This document shows positions 20,501 to 28,905 of a stretch of 64,000 bases of DNA, piece after piece. The notes under the pieces are model-generated. The model saw only the letters and a list, made by a program, of their open reading frames with translations, was not told where the DNA came from and did not search any database. A program made the position numbers and the translations under genes. The DNA is from Deltaproteobacteria bacterium (GTDB taxonomy: Bacteria > Myxococcota_C > UBA6777): positions 36,275 to 100,274 of the forward strand of contig PCBK01000053.1 of assembly GCA_002731275.1 (NCBI GenBank). Direction: 5' to 3'. The first letter of the stretch is position 1. Each line of letters begins with the position of its first letter.

Positions 20501-21671
20501 ATCGAGGGCGCAACGCTTGAACGCGCTGGACGCGGGATATCACCTTGGGTTTCGATTGAGACGATACGCGCCGGTCCTGTTCAAGATGGTGCAACAAGAG
20601 AAAGACCCTCACATTCGTCGCTTTTTGGCGTGGCGTTTTGCTGAGAGCAGTGGCACAAAACATTCTTACATCAAGCCATTGCGAGCGCTGTTACGTCGGG
20701 AAAAGGAGCCCAAAGTCTTGGTCCCTCTGCTGTGGTCGCTTGGTAAGCAGGGCGCGCGCGCTGCCGAGGCTGTCGATGACATCTTGTATGTCCTCTCCAC
20801 ACAGAGATATTGGATGACCCGATACGAGTGTGTCTGGGCGCTTGGACGTATCGGAGCAAAAGCCTCGAAGGTCTATCCTGTTTTGTTGCGCCTGCTCACC
20901 AAGAACCACAAGCTCCCTGTGCGCAGGGAGGCAGCCCATGTGTTGTCAAAGCTCAAGCTCACGCCCAAACAGGTCAACAAAGTGGGCAGCAAACTCGTGC
21001 GTGTGCTCTCCTATGAGAAGCACTATGACGTGCGACTTCGGATCTTGTCGACGTTGCTCACGCTCAAGTGGAAGCCGATGTTTTTCCGCATTGTGATGAG
21101 GGGTCATCTGCTCACCGAACCTGATCGGGGGCTTCGTTGGGTGATTCGGTATCTTCTGGTCTTTTTGGGCGGAAAGGATGTGGCGCTACACAAGCTCTTA
21201 TGTGAGCAGGCTGTCGCAGCAAAGCGTCCTGAAAATCGATGGATCGCGATATGGTTGTTGGGGATGTTCAAGGACAAAGCGCACGCACAAAAGAGCGCGA
21301 AGGTGCTCTCCGATGTCTTGCGAAAGGAGCGACTCCGGTACATCCGAAGAGAGGCTGCGCGTGTCTTAGGGGATTTGACGTCTGCGTCGAAAATCGCGAC
21401 CGCTGCTCTCGTGAAGGGGCTATGGGATCCTGCTGAGACTGTTCGTATGATGGTGTTGCGTCGTTTGCGTGAACACGGGAAGCAGGCGTTGTTTGCGTTG
21501 CCGTTGATCAAGGCATTCAAACGCGACCATTGGTACGGAGTGCGTCGTCAAGCTGACCTTACCTGGAAGGCATTGTCTGTACTTCAGCCGGCGACAAAAC
21601 CTGCGAGTCGCCCGACGACAAAACCTGCAAGCCGTCCAACGACAAAACCTGCAAGTCGACCTGTAAAGTGA
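17559..21671 (+). CDS. giant HEAT/PBS-lyase-like repeat protein with N-terminal membrane anchor and C-terminal PATKPASRPT x3 tail
   Basis: N-terminal hydrophobic helix (LLFVSSLVVFFIGVLAF); >15 HEAT-like units with VRREAxxxLxxL motifs. Confidence 0.7.
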   Translation: MRMGPTTLRGRRPLLFVSSLVVFFIGVLAFRAGESRAKPSQPGGIVVSVPHRWVDLTKSLDKEARLRSVRQLFRVQRSVSETIKRVRGSLSLQKALIELVVDSKQTEKDKGYALHLLNKAGTYLKIPVSSLVSCLRSPRGNVRMNAASVLGRLGEDALSAIPALAKQLRVEKGVIIRKELLRAIRLIERYASIAFHPLVRGKQDTAATIRIFADVIKKDPDTQMKTLAVKALGELDAQWWDHVQPVFLRAFKHKEPDVRREVLRQMRRYFASHKLLVKEALRLAERDPKESVEREAIKTLGYYPQYAKQIIPLFRRLFMQGNDKVRQSILSASDVLGAKGREVMSFALRVYKERPDTERLRLLRWLHVFSPGTLPDAKDWRPYLTSQQLVLPLFTLWKKHKTHSQMLIPLLVSVIRHAYTQAGLIALSSWLSEVETTKYADVLLKDILSHTKGGDRLYLQPAVYKLLRRLVRDMKSQKALSLLKSFISKKYDLRSSVLFDLLGELQGSHDGAAKVLVEHLRRSWGRPHEKRLHNALVRLGKQTPAVVFTRLLKGLKDVPTKYRQRYLSSLAKVATDKKQYQVKLPHNAFSVLERKQLSGMCAQLVVMKKSLEDDLSGMACLRAIGELKRVKEELSTSLHERNRKSTLAFLRMLRLGKQEASWALPLVLWALKKNYNTRLRKQAVRTLGYLEAVNKAVLDAIHPISYSTYKKVLRRALRRMAGHPKGVEVLIARLRVETKVSMINNIIVGLRWHAKGNLAIQEVLKELLSHRSKSVRDYAVWALKYAGLDADLAMDIGLTLVQRDRASWVRQDAASLLGRQSPAFMTKRRERASLLARLFAKERDIKVKKRLYWSLHRLRNYVERADLRAYREVMHKAKDKQLLLNALRTLGRKGGYWKQTLPAMRRMQGRALVLDVEQKRRDTIARWSGKVDLWTLEQLAEQLRTKRTKKTFSKKLLKRIGHMRSDSLVANHAVMHVLRFGSRAQRLNALDAGYHLGFRLRRYAPVLFKMVQQEKDPHIRRFLAWRFAESSGTKHSYIKPLRALLRREKEPKVLVPLLWSLGKQGARAAEAVDDILYVLSTQRYWMTRYECVWALGRIGAKASKVYPVLLRLLTKNHKLPVRREAAHVLSKLKLTPKQVNKVGSKLVRVLSYEKHYDVRLRILSTLLTLKWKPMFFRIVMRGHLLTEPDRGLRWVIRYLLVFLGGKDVALHKLLCEQAVAAKRPENRWIAIWLLGMFKDKAHAQKSAKVLSDVLRKERLRYIRREAARVLGDLTSASKIATAALVKGLWDPAETVRMMVLRRLREHGKQALFALPLIKAFKRDHWYGVRRQADLTWKALSVLQPATKPASRPTTKPASRPTTKPASRPVK

Positions 21672-21860
21672 GCGGTCAAGTGCAGGGGGGAAGGGGTCAT
21701 TTTCTAGGAGAGTGCCGCCAGCCATAGGAAAAAAACCACAAAAAAGTAACCCGATCTGTTCTCTGTGCAATATACCTATGTGGAAATAGAGATTGAATAC
21801 GATGGAGTCGCATGAAAAGAGGCTCTTGAGATGATCTGGTAGTCAAAAGGATATAAAGAT

Positions 21861-24743
21861 ATGCAGAAGAGAGTGATGTGTTTGGTGTGGATGGTGTTGT
21901 TGTTGACGATGTCGATCTTATCGGCATGTGGTCCGACGACATCTGGTCGTGAACAATCTTCCGAGTCCCACCAAGAGGCACACAAAGAGCTGAGCAAAGA
22001 AGCGGCTCCAGTGGACGCTGGAGAGGGGAGTGGGGGAGCGAAAGAGACGACGACACCTGATGCGCAGGGGCAGGAGGGCACGACACCAGAACAAGGTTGT
22101 CCAAACGCCTGTACGAATGAAGGTGATGAGCGATGTGACGGTCAAAAACGTCTGCTGTGTGTGAAGAAGCAAGGTTGCCTTACGTGGGAAGCCATCCAGG
22201 AGTGTCCAGACGGCACGACATGTCAGCCCAACGCTTGTGTCTCGACATGTAAAGGCGAGTGTTCGGAAGGGGATCGGATCTGTCAATCGGATCGTCCTAT
22301 GCTTTGTGTTGTCGTCGATGGTTGCCCTGTCTGGAAGGAAGAGAAGGCATGTGCACAAGGCGAAGTCTGCTCTGGTGGTCTCTGTACACAACAGTGTCAA
22401 TCGGAGTGTAGTCTTGGTGATATGCGATGTTTTGGACGCAACTCGTTATCTCATTGTGTGCGTGCACAGAACGGATGTTTGCAGTGGGGGACGCCAAAAA
22501 CCTGTAGTGATGGACACATCTGTGATGGGAATAAGTGTGTGCCTTCCTGTACGGATGTGTGTGTGCCTGGAGATAAGCAATGTACACAAGGCGGCGTGAG
22601 TCTTTGTGTGCGTGGGCAAGATGGTTGCGCTGTGTGGGGGAAGGCTTCGAGCTGTCCCACAGGTCAAACCTGTTCAGGTGGTGCCTGTACACAGAGCTGT
22701 CAGGATGTGTGTAAGGCGAATGAGACTCGCTGTTCTGGCCAAGCTGTCCAGACTTGTTTGCGACAGAGCAATGGTTGTTTGGATTGGGGACTTCCTGCCG
22801 CGTGTCCAACACAACGGACTTGTCAGGCTGGAAAGTGTGTGCTCTCATGTACCTCTACGTGTAAGAGTGGAGCTGTCCGATGTCTGGGGGATTTGATCCA
22901 GTCATGTGGCCTTCAAGCGAGTGGTTGTCTTGATTGGGCTGGTGCCAAAGCCTGCCCTGCTGGTGAGGCGTGTGTGAGCGGAGCCTGTAAGAAGGTCTGT
23001 CAACAAGTCTGCCAACAAGGTGATGTCCGTTGTGATGCCGTTGGTGTCAGCCGCTGCGTAAAAGATAGCGGTGGATGCTGGACGTGGGGAGCGAGCTCCG
23101 CGTGCGCACAAGGGAAGGTCTGTAAAGCAGGCGCTTGTGTTGACAAGACTGGCGCAGGGTATGGGGCAACGTGTACTGGGAACAGCGACTGTAAGAGCGG
23201 TTTTTGTTTGAAGACCTCGACGTCTTCGTTTTGTTCAAAGCTTTGCAGCTCCGACACGGATTGTGGCACAGGGAAAGTATGTCAGTCCACATCGATTCAA
23301 AACAAACTCCAACGTCTCTGTGTTGTCCCCGGTAGTATCGAAGCTTGTGCTGTGAACGGTGATTGTTCCGCGTACACCAGATGTGTCAACAAAACATGCG
23401 CTGTCAGTTGTTCTGAAAACCGCGACTGTTGGTCGTCTTACTACTGTGACAATGGGACATGCAAAGGGCTTGGTGCCAGCACGTGCTCCTCCAACAAGGA
23501 ATGTCCCGGTGGGTACTCCTGTAAGTCCGGAAAGTGCAAAACTTCGTGCTATTACGCCTCGGACTGTCAACCGACCTTTCATTGTGACAGCAGCAAACGG
23601 CAGTGTTATCCCTTACCTCCGGGACAATGCTACTACGATGTAAATTGCCCTAACAACTTCGCATGTAAATCCAAGACGTGTTTGACGAGCTGTCAGGAGA
23701 ACAGAGATTGCCACCAAGGTTACTATTGCAACGCTGGTGCTTGCAAAAAGTTGAGCGCTGATACGTGTACCTCCAACAGTGATTGTCCTGGTGGATACTC
23801 CTGTAAATCTGGTAAGTGCAAAACTTCGTGTTATTATGCTTCGGACTGTCAGCCCAAACACCACTGCGACAGTAGCCGAAGACAGTGTTATCCATTGAAG
23901 CCGGGACAATGTTACTATGATGTCAATTGCCCTAACAACTTCGCGTGCAAGTCCAATGTCTGCCTGACGAGTTGTAAAGAGAACAGAGATTGCCACCAGG
24001 GGTACTACTGTGGCGCTGGTACCTGCAAAAAGTTGAGCGCTGATACATGCACCTCCAACAGTGATTGTCCCGGTGGGTACTCCTGTAAGTCCGGAAAGTG
24101 CAAGACCTCATGTTACTACGCTTCGGACTGCCAACCGACCTTTCATTGCAGCAGCAGCCGAAGACAGTGTTATCCCTTGAATCCAGGGCAATGCTACTAC
24201 GATGTGAATTGTCCCAACAACTTCGCATGTAAATCCAACGTATGTCTGACGAGTTGCAAAGAGAACAGGGATTGTTACCAGGGTTACTATTGCAGCGCTG
24301 GTGCCTGCAAAAAGTTGAGCGCCGATGTGTGTACATCCAACAGTGATTGTCCCGGTGGGTATTCTTGTAAGTCCGGAAAGTGCAAAACATCGTGCTACTA
24401 TGTCTCCGATTGCCAGCCGACCTTCCATTGCAGCAGCAGCCGAAGACAGTGTTATCCCTTGAATCCAGGGCAATGTTATTACGACGCGAATTGCCCCAAC
24501 AACTTCGCGTGTAAGTCCAATGTCTGCCTGACGAGTTGCAAAGAGAACAGGGATTGCCACCAGGGTTACTATTGTGGCGCGGGGACCTGCAAAAAGTTGA
24601 GCGCTGATGTGTGTACGTCCAGCAGTGATTGTCCCGGTGGATATGCCTGCAAGTCCGGAAAGTGCAAGACTTCGTGCTACTATGTCTCCGATTGTGAGTC
24701 ACCAGCCAAGTGCGACGGGAGTCGCCGTCAATGCTATCAGTGA
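21861..24743 (+). CDS. lipoprotein with Cys-rich repeats: ~12 short C-x-G-x-C modules then five near-identical ~97-aa Cys-rich modules
   Basis: Lipoprotein signal MQKRVMCLVWMVLLLTMSILSAC; DNA-level ~291-bp tandem repeats 23400-24700. Confidence 0.75.
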   Translation: MQKRVMCLVWMVLLLTMSILSACGPTTSGREQSSESHQEAHKELSKEAAPVDAGEGSGGAKETTTPDAQGQEGTTPEQGCPNACTNEGDERCDGQKRLLCVKKQGCLTWEAIQECPDGTTCQPNACVSTCKGECSEGDRICQSDRPMLCVVVDGCPVWKEEKACAQGEVCSGGLCTQQCQSECSLGDMRCFGRNSLSHCVRAQNGCLQWGTPKTCSDGHICDGNKCVPSCTDVCVPGDKQCTQGGVSLCVRGQDGCAVWGKASSCPTGQTCSGGACTQSCQDVCKANETRCSGQAVQTCLRQSNGCLDWGLPAACPTQRTCQAGKCVLSCTSTCKSGAVRCLGDLIQSCGLQASGCLDWAGAKACPAGEACVSGACKKVCQQVCQQGDVRCDAVGVSRCVKDSGGCWTWGASSACAQGKVCKAGACVDKTGAGYGATCTGNSDCKSGFCLKTSTSSFCSKLCSSDTDCGTGKVCQSTSIQNKLQRLCVVPGSIEACAVNGDCSAYTRCVNKTCAVSCSENRDCWSSYYCDNGTCKGLGASTCSSNKECPGGYSCKSGKCKTSCYYASDCQPTFHCDSSKRQCYPLPPGQCYYDVNCPNNFACKSKTCLTSCQENRDCHQGYYCNAGACKKLSADTCTSNSDCPGGYSCKSGKCKTSCYYASDCQPKHHCDSSRRQCYPLKPGQCYYDVNCPNNFACKSNVCLTSCKENRDCHQGYYCGAGTCKKLSADTCTSNSDCPGGYSCKSGKCKTSCYYASDCQPTFHCSSSRRQCYPLNPGQCYYDVNCPNNFACKSNVCLTSCKENRDCYQGYYCSAGACKKLSADVCTSNSDCPGGYSCKSGKCKTSCYYVSDCQPTFHCSSSRRQCYPLNPGQCYYDANCPNNFACKSNVCLTSCKENRDCHQGYYCGAGTCKKLSADVCTSSSDCPGGYACKSGKCKTSCYYVSDCESPAKCDGSRRQCYQ

Positions 24744-24926
24744 GAGACATGTAAGGCTGTCGGATGGAAAAAAGCGAAGACAAGAGGGCAGTGGATGGGG
24801 CCTCAGGCAAGGCATGAGGAGAAGGCATGGCAGGGCCATGTCGACGACAAATCACAAAGCCTGTGGCTTCAGCAACAACCTTCTGTCTTCGTCTCATTTT
24901 CCGTATCCTTTTTTCCATCCGATGGC

Positions 24927-25042
24927 CTAAGTGGTCCTCTCGCGAAAAAGACATACAACATAGAGGTCGGACACAAGGCCCGACCCTACGGGGGAAATGC
25001 AATATCATGCTCATGCGCTTACTTCGCGAGAGGACCGCTTAG
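24927..25042 (-). mobile_element. Single-unit copy of the MITE-like element, inverted relative to 12234-12668
   Basis: Perfect-ish 20-bp TIRs CTAAGTGGTCCTCTCGCGAA / TTCGCGAGAGGACCGCTTAG around one 50-bp unit. Confidence 0.6.
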
Positions 25043-25184
25043 GCTGCTGCAAGACATAATCTCTCGCTTGAGGAAGCACTCTCTCGCTTGTGACTTTTTC
25101 TCACCACACATTAAAACTATTTTTGTGAGCCTTCGTTGAAAATGGATGTCCGCATCAATCAATCTGTTCGACGGAGAAGAGCTC

Positions 25185-27230
25185 ATGAAACGTACCTCAC
25201 CCAGCCCAATCCGAAAAAAGAAGACACACGGGATTGTCCGTATCTTCTTGGTTTTGTCGTTTGTCCTCTCTTTGTTTGGCGTGGTCTCTTTGGTCTCTGC
25301 AAAACAGCCAAAGAGCTCAGCCTCAAAGCACAAAACATCTCCACGCAAGAAAACGAAACTCTCTCATCGTCGCCTCAAGAGGTTTTCTTCCAACAAAGAG
25401 TTTCGTGCGTACATCTTGCGCTTAAAGTCCCTCTACAAGTCACGGCGTCGACGCTATCGGAGCCGCAGACGCAAGCGTTCTATAGGCGGCTTGTTGGGAG
25501 CGCCTACGAAGTCACTCTCAGCCCCTCCCACACCTTCTTCAGCATCATCAAAGACGTCAGGTGGGACGCGGAATGACAAGATCACCAACAACCAGATCCA
25601 GGGCGTGGATGAAGGTGATATCGTAAAGGTGATCGGTCGTTATCTCGTGATCTTACGACGTGGTCGTTTGTTCTCCGTAAGGATTGAGGACGGCAAGAAG
25701 ACGACGTTGCTCCCTGTGGGACGTGCCGATGCACAGGCGCCCAATCTGAAGCGAGGTGGCTGGTACGATGAGATGCTCGTGTACAAACGTCGCATCGTCG
25801 TGATTGGTTACAACTACAATCACAGTAGCACGGAGATCAATCTGTTTCGGCTCGGAAAACGCGGAAAGCTCCACTTCCAGACCAGTCATTTTTTGCGTTC
25901 AAACGATTACTACTCTTCGAGAAACTACGCGAGTCGTTTGATCGGCAGCAAACTCGTCTTTTACATGCCCTTTCGTCTGCGTTATCAATATCATTCATCT
26001 TATAAGCTCCCAATGCCGAGCGTCGCGCGCTTTGGTGTACGCAAAAATGGTCTGCGTTGGAAGAAGATCCTGTTCCCCACACGCATCTATCGACCTGTCC
26101 AATTTACGCTCAATCCTACACTGCACACAGTCGTTCAGTGCAATCTGGCCCGTCGGAATCTTCGATGCTCGGCGCGTGCTGTGATTGGGTCTTCATCCAG
26201 GACCTTCTTTGTATCACGTGACTCTGTGTACATCTGGGCAGGGGCTGATTACATCCCGTGGTGGGCGCCTTCGTACATGAGAAAGCGCAAGAGAGATGCC
26301 TTCTTGTACCGTATGTCTCTGCACAGCAGTCGTGTCTCTGCTGTCCGCGTGCACGGTCAACCTATCGATCAATTCTCCTTCCATGACTCTGGAGATGGTC
26401 ATCTCAACTTTTTGCTCTCCTCACGTTCTGGCGGGGATTGGATGTGGAGCGCAGAGCGAGCCAAAGGGAAGCTGGCGTTTTTGCGATTCCCCAAACGTTA
26501 CTTCTCTTCTCGCGCTGGTATCATCGGCAAAAAGCGCTATACGCCGATCCCTGGGCCGAAGTATGGCTCGATTCACAATCGCTTTATTGGTCGTCAGCTC
26601 TACTGGGGAGGCGGTCAGGGGTGGTATGCGAGACGACATGGTCATCAGAACAAGGCGTGGTTGCTCGATATCAAGAAGCCCAAAACAGTGAACACGCTTC
26701 AGCTCAAGCACAGCGTCGAGCGGATTGAGGCGATGGGGCGAAATGCCGTGCTCATCGGTCACGCTGGTCGCTCTTTGCACTTCACTTCTTTTGCCTCTGG
26801 TGTGAACCCTACGCCCCAAGGTCACTATGAGATCAAGAACGCCAGCCAAGGGGAGACGAGAAGTCATGGCTTCTTCTTTTTGCCAGGTAAGCATAACAAA
26901 GGGCTGTTGGGTTTACCTGTTCGCAGACGCGCTGGTGGGTCTCGACAATTGCGTCATGGTTCTGCGGGCGTCGTCTTTTTGCGTGTGGATGCCGATCTGC
27001 ACTTTCATTCTTTGGGGAGTCTTCAGGCGAAAAACAAGCGCGTCAACGATGCGTGTCGTTTTTCGTGTGTGGATTGGTACGGGAATGCACGTCCGATCTT
27101 CATGCGAGGGCGGATCTTTGCGTTGCTTGGGTACGAGCTTGTTGAGGGGACATTGATGAAGAAGGCGATCAAGGAGAAGACACGTACGACTTACTTCCTC
27201 AACGCGCCTGCACAGATCGCCAGAGATTGA
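25185..27230 (+). CDS. secreted beta-propeller-domain protein (archaeal/bacterial Beta_propel-like)
   Basis: Signal peptide; TNNQIQGVDEGDIVKVIGRYLVIL motif typical of this family. Confidence 0.5.
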   Translation: MKRTSPSPIRKKKTHGIVRIFLVLSFVLSLFGVVSLVSAKQPKSSASKHKTSPRKKTKLSHRRLKRFSSNKEFRAYILRLKSLYKSRRRRYRSRRRKRSIGGLLGAPTKSLSAPPTPSSASSKTSGGTRNDKITNNQIQGVDEGDIVKVIGRYLVILRRGRLFSVRIEDGKKTTLLPVGRADAQAPNLKRGGWYDEMLVYKRRIVVIGYNYNHSSTEINLFRLGKRGKLHFQTSHFLRSNDYYSSRNYASRLIGSKLVFYMPFRLRYQYHSSYKLPMPSVARFGVRKNGLRWKKILFPTRIYRPVQFTLNPTLHTVVQCNLARRNLRCSARAVIGSSSRTFFVSRDSVYIWAGADYIPWWAPSYMRKRKRDAFLYRMSLHSSRVSAVRVHGQPIDQFSFHDSGDGHLNFLLSSRSGGDWMWSAERAKGKLAFLRFPKRYFSSRAGIIGKKRYTPIPGPKYGSIHNRFIGRQLYWGGGQGWYARRHGHQNKAWLLDIKKPKTVNTLQLKHSVERIEAMGRNAVLIGHAGRSLHFTSFASGVNPTPQGHYEIKNASQGETRSHGFFFLPGKHNKGLLGLPVRRRAGGSRQLRHGSAGVVFLRVDADLHFHSLGSLQAKNKRVNDACRFSCVDWYGNARPIFMRGRIFALLGYELVEGTLMKKAIKEKTRTTYFLNAPAQIARD

Positions 27231-27338
27231 GAGGGAGGTCTTTGAGGACGTCTGCGACGAGGGGAGGGGGTAGTGTCTCTGTGCAGGTGAGCACAGTTGA
27301 GAAGAACTTTCTTCCTTTGACATGAGAAAGGAGTCCTC

Positions 27339-27644
27339 ATGATAGAAGTCACCCCCGACGCCAAGAGGTACATCGAGGCGCTACTCAAAAAAGACGATCC
27401 AGAGGGTTTGTATGCCATTCGGATCCACACTGCGGGCTATGGCTGAGGCGGGCCTCGGCTTGCAATGGCTCTGGATGAGCCATCAGACAAAGACCTTCAT
27501 TATACTGTCGACGATTTGAACTTCATCATTGGTGATATCGATGACGCGATCATCAAACGTTACGGCGGTGTCGCGATCGATTATACCAATTACTATGGTT
27601 ACGAAAGACTCGCTGTTTTCGTGGCCCGTGGTATGAGATGTTGA
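27339..27644 (+). CDS. HesB/IscA-like small protein with in-frame TGA at 27444-27446 (candidate selenocysteine)
   Basis: RBS AAAGGAG 6 nt before ATG; MIEVTPDAKRYIEALL...GLYAIRIHTAGYG-[TGA]-GGPRLAMALDE parallels HesB MITLTESAAKHIKELL...GGGCSG with TGA at the Cys position; frame stays open to TGA 27642; C-terminal RGMRC. Confidence 0.55.
27465..27483 (+). promoter_or_regulatory. candidate bacterial SECIS hairpin (ATGGCTC-TGGAT-GAGCCAT) 18 nt 3' of the in-frame UGA
   Basis: Perfect 7-bp stem, 5-nt loop containing GG, spacing compatible with SelB-dependent recoding. Confidence 0.35.
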
Positions 27645-27790
27645 GATCGTGATCCTCCTGCTTTTCCTCTCTCTCTCTGAGCCTTTTTTCTCCTTTCATT
27701 TTATCTTCTTGTGGGATTTGATGTGCGATCGTCCTGGCGATCGCCTGATCGTGATCACCGATCGCGATCAGGTTGGATCGTCTTGATGTG
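27645..27790. repeat. GATC-dense element (9 GATC, several as CGATCG) in ~150 bp
   Basis: GAGATCGTGATCC ... GCGATCGTCCTGGCGATCGCCTGATCGTGATCACCGATCGCGATCAGGTTGGATCG. Confidence 0.6.
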
Positions 27791-28100
27791 CTGTTCTAGG
27801 TATATTCGTGGATGTTTGGCTGAAAAAGCGAATGCTGTATGTGCTTAGCTCACAAAGGATTTTGTTTTTTGCCAGGGATTTTTTTGATATGTGACACGCT
27901 TTGTCATACTCATGGAGTAGATTGATTTGTGTCCGAAAGGAACAGTGAAAGAGTGTGTCTGAGAAGACACCCCCTTTTGTTTGCACAAAGCAATGAAGCT
28001 TTCTCGAAGAGATACAGATTTCGACGTTTGAATGATGCAGCGTCATTCGGGTACTCTAAGCCAATCATGGTTCACAAGGAAAGCTATTCTGGGTTTGCCA

Positions 28101-28187
28101 GCCACCGGTGACGGTGCTGCCCGCGCCGCAGCTGGCGCAACTCAGGATAGCCGAGTTTGCGGCGCGGGCAGCACCGTCACCGGTGGC
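28101..28187. repeat. perfect 30-bp inverted repeat (GCCACCGGTGACGGTGCTGCCCGCGCCGCA / complement) with 27-nt spacer
   Basis: Arms 28101-28130 and 28158-28187 are exact reverse complements. Confidence 0.85.
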
Positions 28188-28905
28188 GCAAACCTGTGAG
28201 CCTTCCATGTCCCAAGAGATGTCAGGAAATCGACGAGAAACGCTCTCTTTGTTTCACAACCAATAGACACATTCTTTCGCTCTCCCTCGGCTTTATGGCC
28301 GACGGAACGATGATCTTTGACAAAAGAAGAACAGAACTTTTTGAGTAGGCTCCTTGAACAGGTGTGCGGCTTTGCCGTGCTGTTCACTGTTTCGACAGTT
28401 TTCTCCGTTGACTCATTTGAGATACGAATGCATAGGAGAGAGGAATCCTACAAGTGCTATAAGAAGCCGAGAGCGACCCCTATAGGGAATGTCCCAGCGG
28501 GGGGTTGTACGCGTCTGCGTCCATCATGGATGACGAGAGAGGTGACGAATACCATGTCGCCCTACTCCCATGCGGTGATGGCATGTGATGCAGGCCATCC
28601 GAAGCGCAGGAGAACAGTGCAGCCAGGACATCCCGCTGGATGCCCTATAATGAAGACCAGGTATCCACCATGACAAAATCGTGCACAGAGCAAGGGCGCG
28701 ATGATCCACTATGTCAACAAAAGGCTATGTGTCTAAAAAGTAAGGTGAAAGACGCGTGAGTATTTCAGGGAAACAGCGTCCTCGTGAGCGATGGTCTCAG
28801 GTTGGTAGGGTGCAGCTTCATCATCCTGAGCGAATTGTCTCCAAAGAGTAGGAATTTTACGCTACTTAAAAAGTTCTGTTTTTCTTCTTGTTCTCCCACA
28901 AGAAT

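Noticed and set aside
23932-25014. 360-aa minus-strand ORF
   Set aside because: It is antisense to the Cys-rich repeat gene and is kept open only by the repetitive sequence.
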